A stretch of DNA of 64,000 nt, from NCBI GenBank assembly GCA_022641095.1, contig JALCDB010000005.1:3766-67765 (forward strand), read 5' to 3'. The stretch's first letter is position 1. The number at the start of each line of letters is the position of its first letter. The position numbers and the translations under genes were made by a program. Origin of the DNA: Bacilli bacterium. Its GTDB lineage: Bacteria; Bacillota_I; Bacilli_A; RFN20; CAG-826. This document shows, one piece after another, positions 55,001-63,568 of the stretch. Below the pieces are notes generated by a model. It was not told the DNA's origin and searched no databases. It saw only the letters and a program-made list of their open reading frames with translations.

Positions 55001-55424
55001 CGACGTCGCCCACTCAACCGACCAATTTACCTGCAAGACCGATTTCTCGACCTCGAAATTCGTGGTCACCCATATTGGCTACGACGCCGGGTGGGGAATC
55101 ACGGCGCGGCTTGAGGATGGCTCAACGGAACCATTGAGGACTTATCGCGTCGACGGCGGACTCGTCGGTTTCATCGCCCCGGCGGGCGCGACCTCATATG
55201 TCCTTCGGTACGAAACTCCCTACATCAAAGTGGGTTTTGCCCTTTCGACGGCCGGCATCGTTATGTATTTCACCTACGAAATCGCCGTACTCGCCTATGG
55301 CGTGAGGAAAGAGCAAAAGGCTTTGGGCATCGATTACCGGTGCCGGCCGACCGGAAAAGGCAAAAAGAAAAAGAGGGATGGCGACGCCTCGTCTCCCCCT
55401 CCTACTTCAAGGTCAAATATATAG
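52080..55424 (+). CDS. YfhO family membrane glycosyltransferase-like protein
   Basis: Start MAENEN overlaps the PII stop (TGATG). WGDYTTQY, NAYYGLFDPFDF and many TM helices, then a large extracytoplasmic domain and a C-terminal TM helix. 1114 aa. Confidence 0.7.
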   Translation: MAENENVSLAELRQKEAKKSRFGVWLRKVWPALFDWKSLFWYFWFIFVLGIFWMFYSFFFNSGTQMFAWGDYTTQYCNLCYGFWDVWHDFFKTGVFELYSTSTFFGTDNIGSNAYYGLFDPFDFFCVLLPRSLVPQNMALAACLKGCVGAFACRAYLKYLGVSEKGSRIGGAAYAFNGYLNFMAGFPSTVSVVAFAPLILLGIEKVIKERKPSTLVFSLMVMGMASFFFLVVFCIFGVFYALWRYFWTIGKRNWKQNLGSIAVGIGAFAVGIMLCSWIWIPCVRESSLSPRVSSVGAAYLSVLKGAFADKDFGQCVHLIFELVGENPGRELQGLVGFLYPTCGYKYLPLYETSGGYDSWTASLFVYTPLAIFFFGALITSVRNKRWDHIIAFLICVTMVFTIFPYFFFYAFAGDGYGRWYIVLVPIIVYYACNEFDNLKSEPRWQLPTASLIELSLTVLAWVLVIELLKKKSFSSPNGLTYYPSSFSVPAEENGLSLQFVVYYQMALVVVEGFVMSYLRDKEYFWKVVIAFVSVETIVCGNLAFATSGITVYESNYNGGTTIVAAQRNALASLKEYDGGDYRIYNDSETSANTSNALGYNGSRTFHSLYNYGLSDLLRQSHILTCEYMYDTYGGNKRVNSTWSGQYLQKRARFDAVTGFKYYMIVNDGYTDGDYVAWDDDDFNYNVPFGSQCVVKTEKYRIYESPYCPDLGFGVDTVYPLGNDTVTSAYSTNFTNYYDNGDFAEIQRNEATYLDAAIIDDADVDEVSQTLSVSAATTSPTGFKRPSYRMSVVTTPDGYGFHASDPGSFLSDPSVMSSIKSIGLGDKYDGDDQKVLIYPSSGLGDYFNGDEGGAYFEMTYYLGSLGGVTIKNPTRVYFIGDTYNDDGTIREENATLNYEYYSIRNTQYGEIGGSSYDNLYGFYASGRVKYIVFCGMSKGKGNTHMPSKGLNLGYIEKSDFDAKYASLADQEHAVTDVAHSTDQFTCKTDFSTSKFVVTHIGYDAGWGITARLEDGSTEPLRTYRVDGGLVGFIAPAGATSYVLRYETPYIKVGFALSTAGIVMYFTYEIAVLAYGVRKEQKALGIDYRCRPTGKGKKKKRDGDASSPPPTSRSNI

Positions 55425-56253
55425 CGTACACGCGGTTCTTCGGGACCGCGTTTTCTTGGCTGACCGCCGCGATCGCCTCTTTGCTTCGAAGCGTTTTGAG
55501 TTTTTCTAAAAGCAGTTTTCTGACGTCGCCGTCGCTTATGGGGAGAGTTTCGCCTTCGTCGCCCTCGACGACGAGGACCATTTCCCCGATCAGGGTCTTC
55601 GGATCGAGGGAAGCCAGTTCGGCTAAGGAGCCGCGGATATATTCCTCATGGGCTTTCGTGAGTTCGCGGGCCAAAACCGCCTTTCGGGGGCCCAAGGAGG
55701 AAGCGAGGGCCTTGAGGGTCTCCTCAATGCGATGTGGCGATTCGTAGAAAACGATGGTTTCCTTGCGAGCCTTGAGTTCTTCGATTTCCCTATCCCGAGC
55801 GCTGGGCTTGCTTGGCAGGAAGCCCTCGAAATAGAAATGGTCGGCGGGTAGCCCCGAGCCAACCAAGGCGCAGATTCCGGCGCTTGGTCCGTTTATCACG
55901 GCGACTTTGTAGCCGAGGGCGACGCACTTCTTGACGAGCCGCTCCCCAGGATCGCTGACGACGGGGTAGCCGGCGTCGCTCATGTAAGCGACTTTTTTGC
56001 CTTCTTGAAGCAAAGATATGATTTTTTCCGAAGAGGCCTCTTCGTTATGCTCATGGCAACTGATGAGGGGCTTGTCGATTCCGAATCGTTTCAAAAGAAG
56101 GCCGGAGTTTCGGGTGTCCTCGCAGGCGACGAAATCCATTTGCCGGAGCGTTATAACGGCTCGTGGAGGGAATTCGGAAAGGTTTCCGATCGGCGTCGCG
56201 ACAAGGTAAAGCAGGGGCTTGCTTCCGCTGAAATTGAGCTCGCGTTCAATCAT
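55402..56253 (-). CDS. rsmI: 16S rRNA (cytidine1402-2'-O)-methyltransferase RsmI
   Basis: LYLVATPIGNLSEF...FVACEDTRNSGLLL. Confidence 0.9.
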   Translation of the reverse strand: MIERELNFSGSKPLLYLVATPIGNLSEFPPRAVITLRQMDFVACEDTRNSGLLLKRFGIDKPLISCHEHNEEASSEKIISLLQEGKKVAYMSDAGYPVVSDPGERLVKKCVALGYKVAVINGPSAGICALVGSGLPADHFYFEGFLPSKPSARDREIEELKARKETIVFYESPHRIEETLKALASSLGPRKAVLARELTKAHEEYIRGSLAELASLDPKTLIGEMVLVVEGDEGETLPISDGDVRKLLLEKLKTLRSKEAIAAVSQENAVPKNRVYAIYLTLK

Positions 56254-57148
56254 GTTTTTTGAAGTTTGGCGTCGGAATGGGGTTCACGTTATGGGTTGGT
56301 TGGACGTTTCCGGTCGGACGGAAGGACTTTTTGGCGATCTTGTCATATTCGTCAAGGGTCACGAAGCGGATGCCGTCGAGCCCAACCAACTTGACCGTTT
56401 TCGAAAGGATGTTGAAACCTTCCACTTTGCAGTCGGCGTTGTCGACATGAACGACCGTCCCTAAGCGCGGGAAAGACTTCTTGGCCTCGGTATAGAGGTC
56501 GTCTTCGTAAAGCAGACAGCAAATGAGCTTTCCACAGTGGCCCGAGAGTTTCGGGATGTTGAGAGTCAGCATTTGGTTTTTGGCTCGCGAGATGGATATT
56601 CCATCGAATTGGGTGAGGAAGGTGCTGCAGCAAAGGGTCAAGCCGCAGATTCCCATGCCGCCGATCATCTTGGCTTTGTCGCGGCTCGCGATTTGACGGA
56701 GCTCGATCCGGCATTTGAGTTGGGGGGCCAGAATATGAAGCAATTCCCGAAAATCGACGCGATTGTCAGCGGTGTAGGTGATGGTTACTTTGCTGCCGTC
56801 GAGGGTATAGTTGGCTTCGATCAGATTCATCGGAAGACCAAGGCGCTTGACCTCGCTTTCGGTTACTTGAAGAGCCCGCTCGGACTCCTTGAGATTAAAT
56901 TCGTAATCGCTCATGTCCTCGGCGGTCGGTTTGCGGACGATGGGTTTCAGATCAAGGTTGCTTTGGTAAGTCGCGATGTTCATCAAAGTCGTCGACACTT
57001 CGCCAATCTCATAGCCGGCGATGGTCTCCACGACGACTTTGTCGCCGATTTTAAGGTCATCGTAATCGGTCGAGAAATAATATGATTTGTCGCCTCCAGG
57101 GAAGCGGATGCCTATAAAGTATTTGCTTGCGATCTCCATGTTATTCAA
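56246..57148 (-). CDS. ricT: PSP1 domain protein YaaT/RicT
   Basis: 300 aa with a PSP1 C-terminal domain and a Cys cluster (ICGLTLCCS...CGKLICCLLYE). Conserved position next to holB. Confidence 0.85.
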   Translation of the reverse strand: MNNMEIASKYFIGIRFPGGDKSYYFSTDYDDLKIGDKVVVETIAGYEIGEVSTTLMNIATYQSNLDLKPIVRKPTAEDMSDYEFNLKESERALQVTESEVKRLGLPMNLIEANYTLDGSKVTITYTADNRVDFRELLHILAPQLKCRIELRQIASRDKAKMIGGMGICGLTLCCSTFLTQFDGISISRAKNQMLTLNIPKLSGHCGKLICCLLYEDDLYTEAKKSFPRLGTVVHVDNADCKVEGFNILSKTVKLVGLDGIRFVTLDEYDKIAKKSFRPTGNVQPTHNVNPIPTPNFKKHD

Positions 57149-58125
57149 TCCTCCTTGGATAAGAGCGCCGCGACATGCTCGATGAGGGCGGCTAAGGAAA
57201 TGTTCAGATCGATTTGCCCCCGGGCCTCGAGAATGGCGTAGAGGCTCGTTTGCGGATGGGGCGATTTCTTCGAAAGGGACTTCAATAGTGTAGCATAACT
57301 CGTCAGGACAATCTCCCCTCCGTCGGCGATGCTCACAAGGTCCTTATAGGCTAGCGACAGCATGTCGAGGAAATAACGGCCCATCTCCTTGCCGCGAACC
57401 ATCGGGACGATGTTCTTCTCGAATCCGTAGATGATGGCGCTTCGGGGGCCGCTTAAGGCGTCCAAAGCGATTTCGAAAGCCGTTCGGGCGCCGATATAGT
57501 CCTCGCTTTGGCTTTCGATTTTGACGGAAGCGGGCGAATTCATGAAATAGGAGATGATCTCGGCGTCCTTTTGGGGCGTCCCCTCCTTAATCGCCTCCGA
57601 TATGACTTCTTTGCGGGGGCGGAGGAGCAATCGCATCGTCTCGCATCGCGAAACGATGGTAGGGAGGATCCTCGCCTCGTTCTCGGTCGTGAGGAAAGCG
57701 TAGGTTTTCGTCGCCGGTTCCTCGAGGAATTTTAACAACGCGTTCACCGCCTCAACGGTCATGTTTTCGACGAGGTGGATGATGTATATCATGATCCCCT
57801 TGCTTTCGATGGCCGTTTTGGCGAAGTTCCCGACCAGCGTCTCCACCTCGCCTTTCTTGATGGAGCCTTCCTCGCCGTTGAGGAAGAGGAGGTCGCTGTA
57901 ATTGCCGTGCTCGACGCGTTCGCAGGTGCGGCACGTCTCGCAAGCCAAAGGATTGGGGTGGTCGCAGATAAGGGACTTGGTCAAAAAGAAAGCCGTCTCC
58001 TTGAGGGGCGTCCCCGCCTCCCCGCTCAGGAGGAAAGCGTGACCCAACCGCCCTTCCTCCTTTTCGCGAAGGAACGTTTTCCAGACATAGGGTTGTTTTT
58101 TTTCGAGAAACGCGCCGAAAGCCAT
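57145..58125 (-). CDS. holB: DNA polymerase III subunit delta'
   Basis: HAFLLSGEAGTPL, the CETCRTCERVEHGNYSDL zinc module and SRC motif TIVSRC. Confidence 0.85.
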   Translation of the reverse strand: MAFGAFLEKKQPYVWKTFLREKEEGRLGHAFLLSGEAGTPLKETAFFLTKSLICDHPNPLACETCRTCERVEHGNYSDLLFLNGEEGSIKKGEVETLVGNFAKTAIESKGIMIYIIHLVENMTVEAVNALLKFLEEPATKTYAFLTTENEARILPTIVSRCETMRLLLRPRKEVISEAIKEGTPQKDAEIISYFMNSPASVKIESQSEDYIGARTAFEIALDALSGPRSAIIYGFEKNIVPMVRGKEMGRYFLDMLSLAYKDLVSIADGGEIVLTSYATLLKSLSKKSPHPQTSLYAILEARGQIDLNISLAALIEHVAALLSKED

Positions 58126-58742
58126 TATCCCATCCGGTCCTTTATGGCCTTAAAGGCCTCTTCCAAGACTTCCTTTTTGCCTTTTGAGGCGTCGATTACG
58201 ACGTAACGGTCCGGGAAACGCTTGGCGAGTTTGCGGAAAGAGGCCCTGACCTTTTCGTGAAACGGCAATCTCTCGATGTCGAGGCGGTTGACTTCGCGTC
58301 CGGCGTTGTCGGCGATCCTTTTGAGCCCCTCTTTGGGCTCGATGTCGAAGAGGATCGTGAGGTCAGGCAAAAGGCCCTCGGTGGCGAACTGGTTCATTTC
58401 GTAAACTTTGTCGATCCCAATGCCCCTGGCCCCACCTTGGTAGGCAAGGGAACTGTCAAGGTATCGGTCGCAGATGACGATTTTGCCCGCTTTAAGGGCT
58501 GGCAGGATTTTTTCGACGATGTGCTGGCGACGGCTCGCGGCGTATAGCAAGGCCTCGGTCTTCGGGTCCATAGCCGTGTTTTTCTTATCCAAGATGATGT
58601 CGCGGATTTCCTCGCTTATGGGGGTTCCACCCGGTTCGCGGGTCAGAACGACCTCGTGCCCTTCCTTGCGGAGTTCAGCGACGATTTCCTTGATCGCGGT
58701 GCTCTTCCCCGAGCCTTCCCCGCCTTCCATGGTGATGAACAT
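58125..58742 (-). CDS. tmk: dTMP kinase
   Basis: MFITMEGGEGSGKST P-loop and DRYLDSSLAYQG. Confidence 0.92.
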   Translation of the reverse strand: MFITMEGGEGSGKSTAIKEIVAELRKEGHEVVLTREPGGTPISEEIRDIILDKKNTAMDPKTEALLYAASRRQHIVEKILPALKAGKIVICDRYLDSSLAYQGGARGIGIDKVYEMNQFATEGLLPDLTILFDIEPKEGLKRIADNAGREVNRLDIERLPFHEKVRASFRKLAKRFPDRYVVIDASKGKKEVLEEAFKAIKDRMG

Positions 58743-59338
58743 TAGATTTTTTTCCTTCCTTCGAACGCTTTGCTGAGCGTAAGCGAATCGGCGTAGTCGA
58801 GGCTCGATCCCATCGGGAGCCCATATCCGAGTCTGGTGACGGTGATGCCCGTGCCCTCAAGGAGTTTGGCGATGAATAAGGCCGTCGTCTCCCCGTCGAT
58901 CGTGGGGTTCGTCGCCAGAATGACCTCTTTGATCCCCTCGCCTTTGACGCGGGCGAGCAACGGATCGATGGATAGGTCATCCGCTCCGATGCCCCTAGAG
59001 GCGCTGATGGATCCGCCAAGAACATGGTAAAGCCCATGGTAGCTGTTCATTTTCTCAATCGACAAAGCGTCTTTGGCTTCGCTTACGACGCAAAGGGTGG
59101 CACGGTCGCGGGTCGGATCGAGGCAGATATCGCATTTCTCCCCTTCCGTGAAGAGCCCGCAGACAGGGCACTTATGGACTTTGGCTTTGACGTCCTCAAG
59201 GGCATGGGCGAATTGCTTCGCGTCCTCCTCGCGCATCGCTAAAACGGCATAGGCCATCCGTTCGGCGGATTTGACCCCAACCCCCGGGAGTTTGGCGAAG
59301 GAGTCGATAAGCGCGCTGATGGAGGCGAGCTCTCTCAT
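58742..59338 (-). CDS. recR: Recombination protein RecR
   Basis: KLPGVGVKSAERMA HhH motif, CPVCGLFTEGEKCDIC zinc finger and a Toprim domain. Confidence 0.92.
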   Translation of the reverse strand: MRELASISALIDSFAKLPGVGVKSAERMAYAVLAMREEDAKQFAHALEDVKAKVHKCPVCGLFTEGEKCDICLDPTRDRATLCVVSEAKDALSIEKMNSYHGLYHVLGGSISASRGIGADDLSIDPLLARVKGEGIKEVILATNPTIDGETTALFIAKLLEGTGITVTRLGYGLPMGSSLDYADSLTLSKAFEGRKKI

Positions 59339-59341
59339 CTT

Positions 59342-59641
59342 TTAAACCCCTTCGCGCCGGCCGGTGATGCGTTCGTTGATGTCGCCGTTGGCCCTTTCGA
59401 TCTGGCTAAGGGCGTCGTTGACGGCCAAAACGATGGTTTCTTCGATAAGATCTTGGTTATCCTCTTCAAGAACCCCTTTTTCGAATTTGATCGCTTTGAC
59501 GGAGCGGTTGCCGAGCATAGTGAGCGTCAGCAAACCCGCTTTTGTGATCGCGAATTCCTTTTTCGCGAGTTCGGCCCGGGCTTTGGCTAATTCGCGGTTG
59601 ATGCGGTTGGCTTCCATGAGCATTTGTTGCATTGGGTTCAT
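59342..59641 (-). CDS. ybaB: YbaB/EbfC family nucleoid-associated protein
   Basis: 99 aa. Conserved position between dnaX and recR. GLLTLTMLGNRSVKAIKF pattern. Confidence 0.88.
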   Translation of the reverse strand: MNPMQQMLMEANRINRELAKARAELAKKEFAITKAGLLTLTMLGNRSVKAIKFEKGVLEEDNQDLIEETIVLAVNDALSQIERANGDINERITGRREGV

Positions 59642-59645
59642 ATCG

Positions 59646-61502
59646 TTATTCCTCCTTTGGCAAATCCAGTTTGATGTCCGAGATGCGCGGCAATTTGCCG
59701 ACTTGCTGCAAGTTTGTGAAGGCGACTTGAACGCGGTTCACGTCATTTCGGTCGAGCGCATAGACGAAGAGTTTGCGTCCGATCACGCTCGAGAGAAGAT
59801 TGGACAAGGGCCTCTGATTGGCCTTGATGTTGGCTTTTTCCTTCAGCGACTTGAAGTTGTAGGAGAGTAGAATCGCCTCTTTGCAAAGCACGAGAGGATG
59901 GCCGCTCGAGACGAGGGTGGCGAGGCCTCCGTACTTCGGGTCGATTTTCAAGGCGTCGAAGCGGCCCCATTCGTTTCGAAGGGCAATCCGATCTTTTTTG
60001 TACTTGGTGCCGAGCACCATGATTTTGATGATTTCCTTATCTGTCATGGCATAGGCCTCGCCGGCGTTTGCGAGATCCGGATTGAGGATTTTGCTTGTGT
60101 CGATGGCCGGAAGCTCCTTTTCGGCTGGCTTCTCATCCTCAAAGAGAAAGTCCGGCGGCGTTTCAAAGGCCTTTTTCTTGGTATTTACGACTGGCAAAGG
60201 GCCAAGTGGCTTCACGAAGGTCTTTTGCATCGGGTTTGGTTCAGGCTTTTGCCAAACCTCTTCGGCATTTTCGGTTTTTTCCTCGGCGGGGGTGGGGTCG
60301 GCGGCTTTTGGCTCGGACGCCACAGATATCGCTTGATTCGGCTCTTCCTTGGGCTTCCGTTCAATCGGCTGCGGTTGTTCGGCCGGCTTTGGCTCAGCCG
60401 CAACGTCGTGAGCGGGGCTTTCCTTCGGCTCTTGAGTGGCTAGACGCAACATCGCAAGCTCAAAGAGCCCGCGGACATCCGAGATGTTCCGGAAGTTGTT
60501 TTGGGTTTCGATGAGGGCGCCGATAAAATCGCCGGTCTTGCTGGGCGAAAGGCGTTTTGACAAATCATCGGCTTGCTTTTCCGAGAGATCGTCCATGAGT
60601 GAGGCATCCTTGGTTTTTTCGTAAATAAGGAGATCCTTCAAGACGTCAATGAGGTCGCCGGTCAGGCGGCGGATATCGATTCCGCCCGTGAGGAAACCGT
60701 CGCATTTCTTGATGAGGGTCGGCACATCGCCATCGCCAACGGCTTCGATAAGCGCGATCTTTTCGTCCATCGAGGCAAGTCCGTAAAGGTCCAAAACGTC
60801 CGAGGCGCTTAGTTTGTTTCCGCTATAGGCAAGCGTTTGCTCGAGGATCGAGAGGGCGTCCCGCATCCCTCCGTCGGCCAAACCGATAACCGCCTTTAGG
60901 CCTTCCTCGTCATAAGTGGCATTCTCTTTGGTGAGCACCTCGATGAGTTTTCCTTTCATGTCCTCGTCGCTTAATTTCGAAAAATCGAAGCGTTGGCAGC
61001 GGGACAAGATGGTCGGCAAAACTTTGTATGGTTCGGTGGTACAAAGAATAAAAATGACGTTCTCGGGAGGCTCCTCGAGGGTCTTGAGAAGGGCGTTGAA
61101 GGCCCCGGTGGACATCATATGGACTTCATCGATGATGTAAATTTTATAACGACCTTTGATCGGGGCATATTTGACTTTTTCGATGAGATCGCGGACTTGA
61201 TCGACGCCGTTGTTGCTGGCCGCGTCGATTTCGATGACGTCCGGATGGCTGCCTTCGCTTATGGCGTGGCAGTTTTCGCATTCGTTGCATTGCCGTCCGA
61301 TGCCTTTTTCGCAGTTGAGCGCCTTGGCGAGGAGCCTGGCCATGGTCGTTTTTCCGGTTCCGCGGGGTCCCGCGAAAAGGAAAGCGTGCGCGATTTTGCC
61401 GCTCGACAAAGCGTTTCTCAAGGTTCGGACGATCGGCTTTTGGCCGGCCACTTCCTCAAAGGTTTGGGGGCGGTAGGTAAGATAGAGTGATTTATAGGAC
61501 AT
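59646..61502 (-). CDS. dnaX: DNA polymerase III subunit gamma/tau
   Basis: HAFLFAGPRGTGKTT, zinc module CNECENC, IYIIDEVHMMS and ILSRCQRF. Confidence 0.92.
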   Translation of the reverse strand: MSYKSLYLTYRPQTFEEVAGQKPIVRTLRNALSSGKIAHAFLFAGPRGTGKTTMARLLAKALNCEKGIGRQCNECENCHAISEGSHPDVIEIDAASNNGVDQVRDLIEKVKYAPIKGRYKIYIIDEVHMMSTGAFNALLKTLEEPPENVIFILCTTEPYKVLPTILSRCQRFDFSKLSDEDMKGKLIEVLTKENATYDEEGLKAVIGLADGGMRDALSILEQTLAYSGNKLSASDVLDLYGLASMDEKIALIEAVGDGDVPTLIKKCDGFLTGGIDIRRLTGDLIDVLKDLLIYEKTKDASLMDDLSEKQADDLSKRLSPSKTGDFIGALIETQNNFRNISDVRGLFELAMLRLATQEPKESPAHDVAAEPKPAEQPQPIERKPKEEPNQAISVASEPKAADPTPAEEKTENAEEVWQKPEPNPMQKTFVKPLGPLPVVNTKKKAFETPPDFLFEDEKPAEKELPAIDTSKILNPDLANAGEAYAMTDKEIIKIMVLGTKYKKDRIALRNEWGRFDALKIDPKYGGLATLVSSGHPLVLCKEAILLSYNFKSLKEKANIKANQRPLSNLLSSVIGRKLFVYALDRNDVNRVQVAFTNLQQVGKLPRISDIKLDLPKEE

Positions 61503-61538
61503 AACGTTTCCGATTTCGATTATACCTTTATAGACCTC

Positions 61539-61554
61539 TTCTCACTAGTGAGAA
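61539..61554. promoter_or_regulatory. Perfect 16-bp palindrome TTCTCACTAGTGAGAA in the dnaX/prfA divergent spacer
   Basis: Fully self-complementary. Lies 37 nt upstream of the dnaX ATG, over the expected -35 zone of a TATAAT at 61519-61524 (minus strand). Confidence 0.35.
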
Positions 61555-61572
61555 ATGTCGAGGCTCTCACTA

Positions 61573-61601
61573 TTCTTAGCGGGCTTCTCGCATGGTATAA
61601 T
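61573..61601 (+). promoter_or_regulatory. prfA promoter with extended -10
   Basis: TTCTTA (61573-61578), 17-nt spacer, TGgTATAAT (61593-61601). Confidence 0.5.
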
Positions 61602-61630
61602 GAGCCGCGCCAAAGGAAACCTGCGGATTT

Positions 61631-62728
61631 ATGGAAGACTCGATGAGACAACGGCTGGAAGCCACAAAGAAAAGATATCTCGAAATAGAGGGGGAGCTTT
61701 CGAGCCCCACGATTGCCGACAATGTCGCCAAACTCACATCGCTTAGCAAAGAAAGGGCATCCTTGGAGGAGGCCTATCAAGGATATTGCGTTTATCTTAA
61801 AGACGAGGAGGGGCTTGTTCAGGCCAACGAGGTGATAAACTCGGGGGACGAGGAGATGGCGGAACTTGGGAAAGAGGAACGGCGGGAGCTCGAAGAAAAA
61901 ATGACGGCTCTTGAAGCCGCCCTTCGCGAGAAGCTCATTCCAGTCGACCCAAACGACAGCAAGAACATCATCGTCGAAATCCGGGGCGCCGTCGGAGGCG
62001 ACGAAGCCAACATCTTCGCCGGCGATCTTTTAAGGATGTATACCCGCTATGCCGAATCGCAAGGGTGGTCCATCAAATATCTCGATGGCAGCGAGGGTGC
62101 GGCTGGGGGCTATTCTTACGTGTCGTTCATGGTCAAGGGCGAAAACGTTTACTCGAAACTCAAATTTGAATCAGGCGCCCATCGCGTCCAACGAGTCCCG
62201 AAAACCGAAGCCCAAGGTCGCATCCATACTTCTACCGCGACCGTTTTGGTCATGCCGGAGGCTAAGGAGGTCGATGTCCAAATCAACCCCGCCGACCTCA
62301 AGATCGACACCTACAGGAGCCAAGGGGCCGGAGGCCAAAACGTCAACAAGACCGAGTCGGCGGTTCGGGTAACCCATGTGCCGACGGGCATCGTCGTGAG
62401 TTGCCAAACCGAGAAGGCCCAACTTCAGAACAAGGAAATCTGCATGCAGATGATTCGGGCCAAAGTCCTTTCATTTTATCAAGGACAAGAAGACGCCAAA
62501 CGGGCCAGCGAGCGGAAACTCAAGGTCGGCACGGGAGAGCGAAGCGAGAAAATACGCACCTATAATTACCCGCAAAACCGGGTGACCGATCATCGCATCG
62601 GTTTCACCACCAACACCCTCGATCGGGTTATGGAGGGGGAGTTGGAGCCGATTATCGAAGCTCTTATCCACTTCGATCAGGAACAGAAAATCCTGGAATC
62701 GGAGAATGGCGATGCCAACCATCGGTGA
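61631..62728 (+). CDS. prfA: Peptide chain release factor 1
   Basis: GAGGQNVNK (GGQ), IHTSTATVLVMPE (RF1-type PxT region). The alternative start ATG 61643 aligns better with typical RF1 N-termini. Confidence 0.92.
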   Translation: MEDSMRQRLEATKKRYLEIEGELSSPTIADNVAKLTSLSKERASLEEAYQGYCVYLKDEEGLVQANEVINSGDEEMAELGKEERRELEEKMTALEAALREKLIPVDPNDSKNIIVEIRGAVGGDEANIFAGDLLRMYTRYAESQGWSIKYLDGSEGAAGGYSYVSFMVKGENVYSKLKFESGAHRVQRVPKTEAQGRIHTSTATVLVMPEAKEVDVQINPADLKIDTYRSQGAGGQNVNKTESAVRVTHVPTGIVVSCQTEKAQLQNKEICMQMIRAKVLSFYQGQEDAKRASERKLKVGTGERSEKIRTYNYPQNRVTDHRIGFTTNTLDRVMEGELEPIIEALIHFDQEQKILESENGDANHR

Positions 62729-63557
62729 GGTCTATGACGAGGCCCTCCGCTTCGCCAAAGGGAAAGGTTTGTTGAGCGCCGACATTCGCATTCTCATCGC
62801 TTTTGACGAAGGTCTTCGCGAGCAAATAGACGTGATTTACGAACGCGACAAAGAGATGAGAAACCCCCTGACTTTCAAAGAGCAATTGACTCGTTTGGAG
62901 AAAGGCGAGCCGGTTGAATACATCATTAAGGAAGCGCGGTTCCTCGACCGTCGGCTTTTCGTCGATAAACGGGTTCTTATCCCGCGTGGCGAAACGGAAG
63001 AGCTGGTTGCGAACATCACCGAGAGAATCGGCGATTATTACGATCCCCGCAACTATCTTTGCTGCGCCGACATCGGAACGGGAAGCGGAGCGATCGCCAT
63101 CGCTCTAAAAGACGCCTTCCCCAACTGGGTCATGATGGCGAGCGACATTTCAAAAGGCGCCCTTGAAGTGGCCAAGGTCAATTTCGCGAGCAGCGGCGCG
63201 ACCGTGCGGACGCTAGAAGGCGACGCTTTGAAGCCTTATATGGAAAACCACATTAATCTCGACATTATCGTATGCAACCCTCCCTATATCCTTAATAAGG
63301 AAGACGCTCAGGATTCCGTTCGCGATTACGAACCCGGCTCCGCCCTTTGGCTTGACAAATCTAGCAGCGTCTACGAATCGATTTTCCGTGACTATCGTTC
63401 CGTCAAGAAAGGTTCGCTTCTCATGGCCTTTGAGATATCGCCGGATTTGGTCGATTGGCTTGTTTGCCTCATGAAACGGTATCTAAAGGACTATCATTAT
63501 GAGTTCGTGAAGGACTTGAACCAGAACGACAGGTTTCTCTTTGTCGAATGCGAATAG
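62706..63557 (+). CDS. prmC: Release factor glutamine N5-methyltransferase PrmC
   Basis: DIGTGSGAIAI SAM motif and IVCNPPYI. Alternative start ATG 62712. Confidence 0.9.
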   Translation: MAMPTIGEVYDEALRFAKGKGLLSADIRILIAFDEGLREQIDVIYERDKEMRNPLTFKEQLTRLEKGEPVEYIIKEARFLDRRLFVDKRVLIPRGETEELVANITERIGDYYDPRNYLCCADIGTGSGAIAIALKDAFPNWVMMASDISKGALEVAKVNFASSGATVRTLEGDALKPYMENHINLDIIVCNPPYILNKEDAQDSVRDYEPGSALWLDKSSSVYESIFRDYRSVKKGSLLMAFEISPDLVDWLVCLMKRYLKDYHYEFVKDLNQNDRFLFVECE

Positions 63558-63568
63558 AGGATAGGGTA

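Noticed and set aside
59985-60190. Possible dnaX programmed -1 frameshift sites (TAC AAA AAA GAT near 59990-60001; AAG AAA AAG GCC near 60170-60185, minus strand).
   Set aside because: Neither forms a true A-AAA-AAG heptamer in the zero frame. I could not identify a convincing downstream stem-loop or upstream SD-like stimulator.
61503-61630. Looked for the SRP (scr/ffs) RNA that precedes dnaX in Bacillus-type genomes.
   Set aside because: No domain IV-like GGAA/AGCA asymmetric-loop helix is present. The spacer is too short (128 nt) and holds promoters and a palindrome instead.
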